From the human T2T-CHM13v2.0 reference genome, Homo sapiens, in NCBI RefSeq assembly GCF_009914755.1, contig NC_060937.1: 64,000 nucleotides of DNA, one strand, 5' to 3'. Positions 1 to 12,600 of the stretch are shown here, piece by piece. Every line of letters starts with the position of its first letter. The stretch's first letter is position 1. Position numbers and translations under genes: made by a program. The notes under the pieces were generated by a model, which worked only from the letters and a program-made list of their open reading frames with translations, did no database searches and was not told where the DNA came from.

Positions 1-500
1 CAACGAAATCGTTAGAGCTATCCAAATATCCACTTACAGTTGCTACAAAAACAGTGTTTCCAAACTGCTGCATCAAAAGAAAGGTTCAACTCTGTTAGTT
101 GAGGACACACATCACAAAGAAGTTTGTGAGAATGCTTCTGTCTAGATTTTGTATGACGATATTCCCTTTTCCAACGATATCGTTAAAGCAATCTAAATAT
201 CCATTTGCAGAATCCACAAAAATAGAGTTTCAAAGCTGCTCTGTAAAAAGAAAGGTTCCACTCTGTTAGCTGAGTACACACATCACAAACTTGTTTCTCA
301 GAATCCTTCTGTCTCGTTTTTATGGGAAGATATTTACTTTTTCACCGTAGGCATCAAAGCGCTCCAAATGTCCACATCCAGATACTCCAGAAAGAGTGTT
401 TCAAACCTGCTCTATGAAAGGGAATCTTCAACTCTATGAGTTGAATGCAGACATCAGAAAGAAATTTCTGAGAATGCTGCTGTCTACCTTTTATTTGAAT

Positions 501-517
501 TCCCGCTTCCAACGAAA
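501..517 (-). promoter_or_regulatory. CENP-B box (representative, HOR box 1)
   Basis: + strand tcccgcttccaacgaaa is the reverse complement of TTTCGTTGGAAGCGGGA, matching the consensus YTTCGTTGGAARCGGGA. It recurs in every HOR. Confidence 0.97.
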
Positions 518-673
518 TCCTCCAAGCTATCCAAATATCCACTTGCAGATTCCACAAAAAGAGTGTTTCAAAACTGCTCTCTATCAATGGCAAAGTTCAA
601 CTCTGTTAGTTGAGGACACATATCACCAACAAGTTTCTGAGAATGCTTCTGTCTATTTTTTATGGGAAGATAT

Positions 674-690
674 TTCCTTTTTCACCGTAG
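674..690 (+). promoter_or_regulatory. pJalpha box in A-type monomer (representative)
   Basis: ttcctttttcaccgtag matches the pJalpha motif TTCCTTTTYCACCRTAG and sits at the position homologous to the CENP-B box in the alternating monomer. Degenerate versions lie near 334-350 and 1011-1027. Confidence 0.8.
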
Positions 691-840
691 GCGTCAAGGC
701 GATCGAAATGTCCACTTCCACAAACTACAAAAAGAGTGTTTCAAACCTGCTCTATGAAAGGCCATGTTCATCTCTATGAGTCGAATGGAAATATCCGAAA
801 GAAATTTCTGGGAATGCTGCTGTCTAGTTTTTATACGAAT

Positions 841-857
841 TCCCGCTTCCAACGAAA
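841..857 (-). promoter_or_regulatory. CENP-B box (representative, HOR box 2)
   Basis: tcccgcttccaacgaaa, 340 bp after box 1 (dimer spacing). Confidence 0.97.
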
Positions 858-1181
858 TCCTCAAAGCAATCCAAATATCCACTTGCAGAATCCACAAAAA
901 GAGTGTTTCAAAACTGCTCTATCAATAGAAAGGTTCAACTCTTTTAGTTGAGTACACACATCACAAACAAGTTTCTGAGAATGCTTCTGTCTGGCTTTTA
1001 TTGGAAGACGTTTCCTTTTCACCAAAGGCATCAAAGCGCTCCAAATGTCCACTTCCAGATTCTTCCAAAAGAGTGTTTGAAACGTGCTCAAAGTAAGGGA
1101 ATGTTCAACTCTGTGACTTGAATGCAGATATCACCAAGTAGTTTCTAATAGTGCTTCTGTCTAGATTTTAGATGATGATAT

Positions 1182-1198
1182 TCCCGTTTCCAACGAAA
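1182..1198 (-). promoter_or_regulatory. CENP-B box (representative, HOR box 3)
   Basis: tcccgtttccaacgaaa is the reverse complement of TTTCGTTGGAAACGGGA. It lies 341 bp after box 2, and the next box follows after 509 bp. Confidence 0.97.
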
Positions 1199-2380
1199 TC
1201 GTTAGAGCTATCCAAATATCCCCTTACAGTTGCTACAAAAACAGTGTTTCCAAACTGCTGCATCAAAAGAAAGGTTCAACTCTGTTAGTTGAGGACACAC
1301 ATCACAAAGAAGTTTGTGAGAATGCTTCTGTCTAGATTTTGTATGACCATATTCCCTTTTCCAACGATATCGTTAAAGCAATCTAAATATCCATTTGCAG
1401 AATCCACAAAAATAGAGTTTCAAAGCTGCTCTGTAAAAAGAAAGGTTCCACTCTGTTAGCTGAGTACACACATCACAAACTTGTTTCTCAGAATCCTTCT
1501 GTCTCGTTTTTATGGGAAGATATTTACTTTTTCACCGTAGGCATCAAAGCGCTCCAAATGTCCACATCCAGATACTCCAGAAAGAGTGTTTCAAACCTGC
1601 TCTATGAAAGGGAATCTTCAACTCTATGAGTTGAATGCAGACATCAGAAAGAAATTTCTGAGAATGCTGCTGTCTACCTTTTATTTGAATTCCCGCTTCC
1701 AACGAAATCCTCCAAGCTATCCAAATATCCACTTGCAGATTCCACAAAAAGAGTGTTTCAAAACTGCTCTCTATCAATGGCAAAGTTCAACTCTGTTAGT
1801 TGAGGACACATATCACCAACAAGTTTCTGAGAATGCTTCTGTCTATTTTTTATGGGAAGATATTTCCTTTTTCACCGTAGGCGTCAAGGCGATCGAAATG
1901 TCCACTTCCACAAACTACAAAAAGAGTGTTTCAAACCTGCTCTATGAAAGGCCATGTTCATCTCTATGAGTCGAATGGAAATATCCGAAAGAAATTTCTG
2001 GGAATGCTGCTGTCTAGTTTTTATACGAATTCCCGCTTCCAACGAAATCCTCAAAGCAATCCAAATATCCACTTGCAGAATCCACAAAAAGAGTGTTTCA
2101 AAACTGCTCTATCAATAGAAAGGTTCAACTCTTTTAGTTGAGTACACACATCACAAACAAGTTTCTGAGAATGCTTCTGTCTGGCTTTTATTGGAAGACG
2201 TTTCCTTTTCACCAAAGGCATCAAAGCGCTCCAAATGTCCACTTCCAGATTCTTCCAAAAGAGTGTTTGAAACGTGCTCAAAGTAAGGGAATGTTCAACT
2301 CTGTGACTTGAATGCAGATATCACCAAGTAGTTTCTAATAGTGCTTCTGTCTAGATTTTAGATGATGATATTCCCGTTTC

Positions 2381-4248
2381 CAACGAAATCGTTAGAGCTA
2401 TCCAAATATCCACTTACAGTTGCTACAAAAACAGTGTTTCCAAACTGCTGCATCAAAAGAAAGGTTCAACTCTGTTAGTTGAGGACACACATCACAAAGA
2501 AGTTTGTGAGAATGCTTCTGTCTAGATTTTGTATGACCATATTCCCTTTTCCAGCGATATCATTAAAGCAATCTAAATATCCATTTGCAGAATCCACAAA
2601 AATAGAGTTTCAAAGCTGCTCTGTAAAAAGAAAGGTTCCACTCTGTTAGCTGAGTACACACATCACAAACTTGTTTCTCAGAATCCTTCTGTCTCGTTTT
2701 TATGGGAAGATATTTACTTTTTCACCGTAGGCATCAAAGCGCTCCAAATGTCCACATCCAGATACTCCAGAAAGAGTGTTTCAAACCTGCTCTATGAAAG
2801 GGAATCTTCAACTCTATGAGTTGAATGCAGACATCAGAAAGAAATTTCTGAGAATGCTGCTGTCTACCTTTTATTTGAACTCCCGCTTCCAACGAAATCC
2901 TCCAAGCTATCCAAATATCCACTTGCATTTTCCACAAAAAGAGTGCTTCAAAACTGCTCTATCAATAAATGTTCAACTCCTTTAGCTGGGTGCACACATC
3001 ACAAACAAGTTTCTGAGAATGCTTCTGTCTAGTTTTTATGGGAAGACATTCCCTTTTTCACCAAAGGCATCAAAGCGCTCCAAATGTCCACTTCCAGACA
3101 CTACAAAAAGAGTGTTTCCAACGTGCTCTAAGAAAGCGAATGTTCAACTCTGTGACTTGAATGCAGATATCACAAAGTAGTTTCTGAGAGGGCTTCTGTC
3201 TAGATTTTAGATGATGATATTCCCGTTTCCAACGAAATCATTAGAGCTATCCAAATATCCACTTACGGTTTCTACAAAAAGAGTGTTTCCAAACTGCTGC
3301 ATCAAAAGAGAGGTTCCACTCTGTTAGCTGAGTACACACATCACAAACTTGTTTCTGAGAATCCTTCTGTGTCGTTTTTATGGCAAGATATTTACTTTTT
3401 CACCGTAGGCATCAAAGCGCTCCAAATGTCCACATCCAGATACTCCAGAAAGAGTGTTTCAAACCTGCTCTATGAAAGGGAATCTTCAACTCTATGAGTT
3501 GAATGCAGACATCAGAAAGAAATTTCTGAGAATGCTGCTGTCTACCTTTTATTTGAATTCCCGCTTCCAACGAAATCCTCCAAGCTATCCAAATATCCAC
3601 TTGCAGATTCCACAAAAAGAGTGTTTCAAAACTGCTCTCTATCAATGGCAAAGTTCAACTCTGTTAGTTGAGGACACATATCACCAACAAGTTTCTGAGA
3701 ATGCTTCTGTCTATTTTTTATGGGAAGATATTTCCTTTTTCACCGTAGGCGTCAAGGCGATCGAAATGTCCACTTCCACAAACTACAAAAAGAGTGTTTC
3801 AAACCTGCTCTATGAAAGGCCATGTTCATCTCTATGAGTCGAATGGAAATATCCGAAAGAAATTTCTGGGAATGCTGCTGTCTAGTTTTTATACGAATTC
3901 CCGCTTCCAACGAAATCCTCAAAGCAATCCAAATATCCACTTGCAGAATCCACAAAAAGAGTGTTTCAAAACTGCTCTATCAATAGAAAGGTTCAACTCT
4001 TTTAGTTGAGTACACACATCACAAACAAGTTTCTGAGAATGCTTCTGTCTGGCTTTTATTGGAAGACGTTTCCTTTTCACCAAAGGCATCAAAGCGCTCC
4101 AAATGTCCACTTCCAGATTCTTCCAAAAGAGTGTTTGAAACGTGCTCAAAGTAAGGGAATGTTCAACTCTGTGACTTGAATGCAGATATCACCAAGTAGT
4201 TTCTAATAGTGCTTCTGTCTAGATTTTAGATGATGATATTCCCGTTTC
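2381..4248. repeat. 11-mer HOR, 1868 bp sub-variant (11*)
   Basis: Extra 678 bp block (ORF offset 2734 to 3412), gaactc in place of gaattc at 2880, a 2-bp deletion (atcaataaatg) and ttagctgggtgcac. Confidence 0.95.
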
Positions 4249-7200
4249 CAACGAAATCGTTAGAGCTATCCAAATATCCACTTACAGTTGCTACAAAAAC
4301 AGTGTTTCCAAACTGCTGCATCAAAAGAAAGGTTCAACTCTGTTAGTTGAGGACACACATCACAAAGAAGTTTGTGAGAATGCTTCTGTCTAGATTTTGT
4401 ATGACGATATTCCCTTTTCCAACGATATCGTTAAAGCAATCTAAATATCCATTTGCAGAATCCACAAAAATAGAGTTTCAAAGCTGCTCTGTAAAAAGAA
4501 AGGTTCCACTCTGTTAGCTGAGTACACACATCACAAACTTGTTTCTCAGAATCCTTCTGTCTCGTTTTTATGGGAAGATATTTACTTTTTCACCGTAGGC
4601 ATCAAAGCGCTCCAAATGTCCACATCCAGATACTCCAGAAAGAGTGTTTCAAACCTGCTCTATGAAAGGGAATCTTCAACTCTATGAGTTGAATGCAGAC
4701 ATCAGAAAGAAATTTCTGAGAATGCTGCTGTCTACCTTTTATTTGAATTCCCGCTTCCAACGAAATCCTCCAAGCTATCCAAATATCCACTTGCAGATTC
4801 CACAAAAAGAGTGTTTCAAAACTGCTCTCTATCAATGGCAAAGTTCAACTCTATTAGTTGAGGACACATATCACTAACAAGTTTCTGAGAATGCTTCTGT
4901 CTATTTTTTATGGGAAGATATTTCCTTTTTCACCGTAGGCGTCAAGGCGATCGAAATGTCCACTTCCACAAACTACAAAAAGAGTGTTTCAAACCTGCTC
5001 TATGAAAGGCCATGTTCATCTCTATGAGTCGAATGGAAATATCCGAAAGAAATTTCTGGGAATGCTGCTGTCTAGTTTTTATACGAATTCCCGCTTCCAA
5101 CGAAATCCTCAAAGCAATCCAAATATCCACTTGCAGAATCCACAAAAAGAGTGTTTCAAAACTGCTCTATCAATAGAAAGGTTCAACTCTTTTAGTTGAG
5201 TACACACATCACAAACAAGTTTCTGAGAATGCTTCTGTCTGGCTTTTATTGGAAGACGTTTCCTTTTCACCAAAGGCATCAAAGCGCTCCAAATGTCCAC
5301 TTCCAGATTCTTCCAAAAGAGTGTTTGAAACGTGCTCAAAGTAAGGGAATGTTCAACTCTGTGACTTGAATGCAGATATCACCAAGTAGTTTCTAATAGT
5401 GCTTCTGTCTAGATTTTAGATGATGATATTCCCGTTTCCAACGAAATCGTTAGAGCTATCCAAATATCCACTTACAGTTGCTACAAAAACAGTGTTTCCA
5501 AACTGCTGCATCAAAAGAAAGGTTCAACTCTGTTAGTTGAGGACACACATCACAAAGAAGTTTGTGAGAATGCTTCTGTCTAGATTTTGTATGACGATAT
5601 TCCCTTTTCCAACGATATCGTTAAAGCAATCTAAATATCCATTTGCAGAATCCACAAAAATAGAGTTTCAAAGCTGCTCTGTAAAAAGAAAGGTTCCACT
5701 CTGTTAGCTGAGTACACACATCACAAACTTGTTTCTCAGAATCCTTCTGTCTCGTTTTTATGGGAAGATATTTACTTTTTCACCGTAGGCATCAAAGCGC
5801 TCCAAATGTCCACATCCAGATACTCCAGAAAGAGTGTTTCAAACCTGCTCTATGAAAGGGAATCTTCAACTCTATGAGTTGAATGCAGACATCAGAAAGA
5901 AATTTCTGAGAATGCTGCTGTCTACCTTTTATTTGAATTCCCGCTTCCAACGAAATCCTCCAAGCTATCCAAATATCCACTTGCAGATTCCACAAAAAGA
6001 GTGTTTCAAAACTGCTCTCTATCAATGGCAAAGTTCAACTCTGTTAGTTGAGGACACATATCACCAACAAGTTTCTGAGAATGCTTCTGTCTATTTTTTA
6101 TGGGAAGATATTTCCTTTTTCACCGTAGGCGTCAAGGCGATCGAAATGTCCACTTCCACAAACTACAAAAAGAGTGTTTCAAACCTGCTCTATGAAAGGC
6201 CATGTTCATCTCTATGAGTCGAATGGAAATATCCGAAAGAAATTTCTGGGAATGCTGCTGTCTAGTTTTTATACGAATTCCCGCTTCCAACGAAATCCTC
6301 AAAGCAATCCAAATATCCACTTGCAGAATCCACAAAAAGAGTGTTTCAAAACTGCTCTATCAATAGAAAGGTTCAACTCTTTTAGTTGAGTACACACATC
6401 ACAAACAAGTTTCTGAGAATGCTTCTGTCTGGCTTTTATTGGAAGACGTTTCCTTTTCACCAAAGGCATCAAAGCGCTCCAAATGTCCACTTCCAGATTC
6501 TTCCAAAAGAGTGTTTGAAACGTGCTCAAAGTAAGGGAATGTTCAACTCTGTGACTTGAATGCAGATATCACCAAGTAGTTTCTAATAGTGCTTCTGTCT
6601 AGATTTTAGATGATGATATTCCCGTTTCCAACGAAATCGTTAGAGCTATCCAAATATCCCCTTACAGTTGCTACAAAAACAGTGTTTCCAAACTGCTGCA
6701 TCAAAAGAAAGGTTCAACTCTGTTAGTTGAGGACACACATCACAAAGAAGTTTGTGAGAATGCTTCTGTCTAGATTTTGTATGACGATATTCCCTTTTCC
6801 AACGATATCGTTAAAGCAATCTAAATATCCATTTGCAGAATCCACAAAAATAGAGTTTCAAAGCTGCTCTGTAAAAAGAAAGGTTCCACTCTGTTAGCTG
6901 AGTACACACATCACAAACTTGTTTCTCAGAATCCTTCTGTCTCGTTTTTATGGGAAGATATTTACTTTTTCACCGTAGGCATCAAAGCGCTCCAAATGTC
7001 CACATCCAGATACTCCAGAAAGAGTGTTTCAAACCTGCTCTATGAAAGGGAATCTTCAACTCTATGAGTTGAATGCAGACATCAGAAAGAAATTTCTGAG
7101 AATGCTGCTGTCTACCTTTTATTTGAATTCCCGCTTCCAACGAAATCCTCCAAGCTATCCAAATATCCACTTGCAGATTCCACAAAAAGAGTGTTTCAAA

Positions 7201-7818
7201 ACTGCTCTCTATCAATGGCAAAGTTCAACTCTGTTAGTTGAGGACACATATCACCAACAAGTTTCTGAGAATGCTTCTGTCTATTTTTTATGGGAAGATA
7301 TTTCCTTTTTCACCGTAGGCGTCAAGGCGATCGAAATGTCCACTTCCACAAACTACAAAAAGAGTGTTTCAAACCTGCTCTATGAAAGGCCATGTTCATC
7401 TCTATGAGTCGAATGGAAATATCCGAAAGAAATTTCTGGGAATGCTGCTGTCTAGTTTTTATACGAATTCACGCTTCCAACGAAATCCTCAAAGCAATCC
7501 AAATATCCACTTGCAGAATCCACAAAAAGAGTGTTTCAAAACTGCTCTATCAATAGAAAGGTTCAACTCTTTTAGTTGAGTACACACATCACAAACAAGT
7601 TTCTGAGAATGCTTCTGTCTGGCTTTTATTGGAAGACGTTTCCTTTTCACCAAAGGCATCAAAGCGCTCCAAATGTCCACTTCCAGATTCTTCCAAAAGA
7701 GTGTTTGAAACGTGCTCAAAGTAAGGGAATGTTCAACTCTGTGACTTGAATGCAGATATCACCAAGTAGTTTCTAATAGTGCTTCTGTCTAGATTTTAGA
7801 TGATGATATTCCCGTTTC

Positions 7819-9686
7819 CAACGAAATCGTTAGAGCTATCCAAATATCCACTTACAGTTGCTACAAAAACAGTGTTTCCAAACTGCTGCATCAAAAGAAA
7901 GGTTCAACTCTGTTAGTTGAGGACACACATCACAAAGAAGTTTGTGAGAATGCTTCTGTCTAGATTTTGTATGACCATATTCCCTTTTCCAGCGATATCA
8001 TTAAAGCAATCTAAATATCCATTTGCAGAATCCACAAAAATAGAGTTTCAAAGCTGCTCTGTAAAAAGAAAGGTTCCACTCTGTTAGCTGAGTACACACA
8101 TCACAAACTTGTTTCTCAGAATCCTTCTGTCTCGTTTTTATGGGAAGATATTTACTTTTTCACCGTAGGCATCAAAGCGCTCCAAATGTCCACATCCAGA
8201 TACTCCAGAAAGAGTGTTTCAAACCTGCTCTATGAAAGGGAATCTTCAACTCTATGAGTTGAATGCAGACATCAGAAAGAAATTTCTGAGAATGCTGCTG
8301 TCTACCTTTTATTTGAACTCCCGCTTCCAACGAAATCCTCCAAGCTATCCAAATATCCACTTGCATTTTCCACAAAAAGAGTGCTTCAAAACTGCTCTAT
8401 CAATAAATGTTCAACTCCTTTAGCTGGGTGCACACATCACAAACAAGTTTCTGAGAATGCTTCTGTCTAGTTTTTATGGGAAGACATTCCCTTTTTCACC
8501 AAAGGCATCAAAGCGCTCCAAATGTCCACTTCCAGACACTACAAAAAGAGTGTTTCCAACGTGCTCTAAGAAAGCGAATGTTCAACTCTGTGACTTGAAT
8601 GCAGATATCACAAAGTAGTTTCTGAGAGGGCTTCTGTCTAGATTTTAGATGATGATATTCCCGTTTCCAACGAAATCATTAGAGCTATCCAAATATCCAC
8701 TTACGGTTTCTACAAAAAGAGTGTTTCCAAACTGCTGCATCAAAAGAGAGGTTCCACTCTGTTAGCTGAGTACACACATCACAAACTTGTTTCTGAGAAT
8801 CCTTCTGTGTCGTTTTTATGGCAAGATATTTACTTTTTCACCGTAGGCATCAAAGCGCTCCAAATGTCCACATCCAGATACTCCAGAAAGAGTGTTTCAA
8901 ACCTGCTCTATGAAAGGGAATCTTCAACTCTATGAGTTGAATGCAGACATCAGAAAGAAATTTCTGAGAATGCTGCTGTCTACCTTTTATTTGAATTCCC
9001 GCTTCCAACGAAATCCTCCAAGCTATCCAAATATCCACTTGCAGATTCCACAAAAAGAGTGTTTCAAAACTGCTCTCTATCAATGGCAAAGTTCAACTCT
9101 GTTAGTTGAGGACACATATCACCAACAAGTTTCTGAGAATGCTTCTGTCTATTTTTTATGGGAAGATATTTCCTTTTTCACCGTAGGCGTCAAGGCGATC
9201 GAAATGTCCACTTCCACAAACTACAAAAAGAGTGTTTCAAACCTGCTCTATGAAAGGCCATGTTCATCTCTATGAGTCGAATGGAAATATCCGAAAGAAA
9301 TTTCTGGGAATGCTGCTGTCTAGTTTTTATACGAATTCCCGCTTCCAACGAAATCCTCAAAGCAATCCAAATATCCACTTGCAGAATCCACAAAAAGAGT
9401 GTTTCAAAACTGCTCTATCAATAGAAAGGTTCAACTCTTTTAGTTGAGTACACACATCACAAACAAGTTTCTGAGAATGCTTCTGTCTGGCTTTTATTGG
9501 AAGACGTTTCCTTTTCACCAAAGGCATCAAAGCGCTCCAAATGTCCACTTCCAGATTCTTCCAAAAGAGTGTTTGAAACGTGCTCAAAGTAAGGGAATGT
9601 TCAACTCTGTGACTTGAATGCAGATATCACCAAGTAGTTTCTAATAGTGCTTCTGTCTAGATTTTAGATGATGATATTCCCGTTTC
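7819..9686. repeat. 11-mer HOR, 1868 bp sub-variant (11*)
   Basis: ORF offset 8172 to 8850 = 678 bp, with the same diagnostic changes (gaactc at 8318). Confidence 0.95.
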
Positions 9687-12600
9687 CAACGAAATCGTTA
9701 GAGCTATCCAAATATCCATTACAGTTGCTACAAAAACAGTGTTTCCAAACTGCTGCATCAAAAGAAAGGTTCAACTCTGTTAGTTGAGGACACACATCAC
9801 AAAGAAGTTTGTGAGAATGCTTCTGTCTAGATTTTGTATGACGATATTCCCTTTTCCAACGATATCGTTAAAGCAATCTAAATATCCATTTGCAGAATCC
9901 ACAAAAATAGAGTTTCAAAGCTGCTCTGTAAAAAGAAAGGTTCCACTCTGTTAGCTGAGTACACACATCACAAACTTGTTTCTCAGAATCCTTCTGTCTC
10001 GTTTTTCTGGGAAGATATTTACTTTTTCACCGTAGGCATCAAAGCGCTCCAAATGTCCACATCCAGATACTCCAGAAAGAGTGTTTCAAACCTGCTCTAT
10101 GAAAGGGAATCTTCAACTCTATGAGTTGAATGCAGACATCAGAAAGAAATTTCTGAGAATGCTGCTGTCTACCTTTTATTTGAATTCCCGCTTCCAACGA
10201 AATCCTCCAAGCTATCCAAATATCCACTTGCAGATTCCACAAAAAGAGTGTTTCAAAACTGCTCTCTATCAATGGCAAAGTTCAACTCTGTTAGTTGAGG
10301 ACACATATCACCAACAAGTTTCTGAGAATGCTTCTGTCTATTTTTTATGGGAAGATATTTCCTTTTTCACCGTAGGCGTCAAGGCGATCGAAATGTCCAC
10401 TTCCACAAACTACAAAAAGAGTGTTTCAAACCTGCTCTATGAAAGGCCATGTTCATCTCTATGAGTCGAATGGAAATATCCGAAAGAAATTTCTGGGAAT
10501 GCTGCTGTCTAGTTTTTATACGAATTCCCGCTTCCAACGAAATCCTCAAAGCAATCCAAATATCCACTTGCAGAATCCACAAAAAGAGTGTTTCAAAACT
10601 GCTCTATCAATAGAAAGGTTCAACTCTTTTAGTTGAGTACACACATCACAAACAAGTTTCTGAGAATGCTTCTGTCTGGCTTTTATTGGAAGACGTTTCC
10701 TTTTCACCAAAGGCATCAAAGCGCTCCAAATGTCCACTTCCAGATTCTTCCAAAAGAGTGTTTGAAACGTGCTCAAAGTAAGGGAATGTTCAACTCTGTG
10801 ACTTGAATGCAGATATCACCAAGTAGTTTCTAATAGTGCTTCTGTCTAGATTTTAGATGATGATATTCCCGTTTCCAACGAAATCGTTAGAGCTATCCAA
10901 ATATCCACTTACAGTTGCTACAAAAACAGTGTTTCCAAACTGCTGCATCAAAAGAAAGGTTCAACTCTGTTAGTTGAGGACACACGTCACAAAGAAGTTT
11001 GTGAGAATGCTTCTGTCTAGATTTTGTATGACGATATTCCCTTTTCCAACGATATCGTTAAAGCAATCTAAATATCCATTTGCAGAATCCACAAAAATAG
11101 AGTTTCAAAGCTGCTCTGTAAAAAGAAAGGTTCCACTCTGTTAGCTGAGTACACACATCACAAACTTGTTTCTCAGAATCCTTCTGTCTCGTTTTTCTGG
11201 GAAGATATTTACTTTTTCACCGTAGGCATCAAAGCGCTCCAAATGTCCACATCCAGATACTCCAGAAAGAGTGTTTCAAACCTGCTCTATGAAAGGGAAT
11301 CTTCAACTCTATGAGTTGAATGCAGACATCAGAAAGAAATTTCTGAGAATGCTGCTGTCTACCTTTTATTTGAATTCCCGCTTCCAACGAAATCCTCCAA
11401 GCTATCCAAATATCCACTTGCAGATTCCACAAAAAGAGTGTTTCAAAACTGCTCTCTATCAATGGCAAAGTTCAACTCTGTTAGTTGAGGACACATATCA
11501 CCAACAAGTTTCTGAGAATGCTTCTGTCTATTTTTTATGGGAAGATATTTCCTTTTTCACCGTAGGCGTCAAGGCGATCGAAATGTCCACTTCCACAAAC
11601 TACAAAAAGAGTGTTTCAAACCTGCTCTATGAAAGGCCATGTTCATCTCTATGAGTCGAATGGAAATATCCGAAAGAAATTTCTGGGAATGCTGCTGTCT
11701 AGTTTTTATACGAATTCCCGCTTCCAACGAAATCCTCAAAGCAATCCAAATATCCACTTGCAGAATCCACAAAAAGAGTGTTTCAAAACTGCTCTATCAA
11801 TAGAAAGGTTCAACTCTTTTAGTTGAGTACACACATCACAAACAAGTTTCTGAGAATGCTTCTGTCTGGCTTTTATTGGAAGACGTTTCCTTTTCACCAA
11901 AGGCATCAAAGCGCTCCAAATGTCCACTTCCAGATTCTTCCAAAAGAGTGTTTGAAACGTGCTCAAAGTAAGGGAATGTTCAACTCTGTGACTTGAATGC
12001 AGATATCACCAAGTAGTTTCTAATAGTGCTTCTGTCTAGATTTTAGATGATGATATTCCCGTTTCCAACGAAATCGTTAGAGCTATCCAAATATCCACTT
12101 ACAGTTGCTACAAAAACAGTGTTTCCAAACTGCTGCATCAAAAGAAAGGTTCAACTCTGTTAGTTGAGGACACACGTCACAAAGAAGTTTGTGAGAATGC
12201 TTCTGTCTAGATTTTGTATGACGATATTCCCTTTTCCAACGATATCGTTAAAGCAATCTAAATATCCATTTGCAGAATCCACAAAAATAGAGTTTCAAAG
12301 CTGCTCTGTAAAAAGAAAGGTTCCACTCTGTTAGCTGAGTACACACATCACAAACTTGTTTCTCAGAATCCTTCTGTCTCGTTTTTATGGGAAGATATTT
12401 ACTTTTTCACCGTAGGCATCAAAGCGCTCCAAATGTCCACATCCAGATACTCCAGAAAGAGTGTTTCAAACCTGCTCTATGAAAGGGAATCTTCAACTCT
12501 ATGAGTTGAATGCAGACATCAGAAAGAAATTTCTGAGAATGCTGCTGTCTACCTTTTATTTGAATTCCCGCTTCCAACGAAATCCTCCAAGCTATCCAAA

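Larger units (their letters stand above)
1..1190. repeat. Representative 7-monomer HOR (1190 bp); 28 complete copies in window
   Basis: The sequence at 1 recurs at 1191. 7-mer starts: 1, 1191, 4249, 5439, 6629, 9687, 10876, 12066, 16996, 21926-29066 (7 copies), 33996, 37056-44196 (7 copies), 47256, 52184, 57112, 62042; partial at 63232. EcoRI sites at 497 and 837. Confidence 0.97.

Noticed and set aside
691-706. CpG-rich palindromic patch gcgtcaaggcgatcga (PvuI site CGATCG at 700-705, once per HOR)
   Set aside because: It is too short to be a CpG island or stable hairpin and is useful only as a once-per-HOR restriction or methylation marker.
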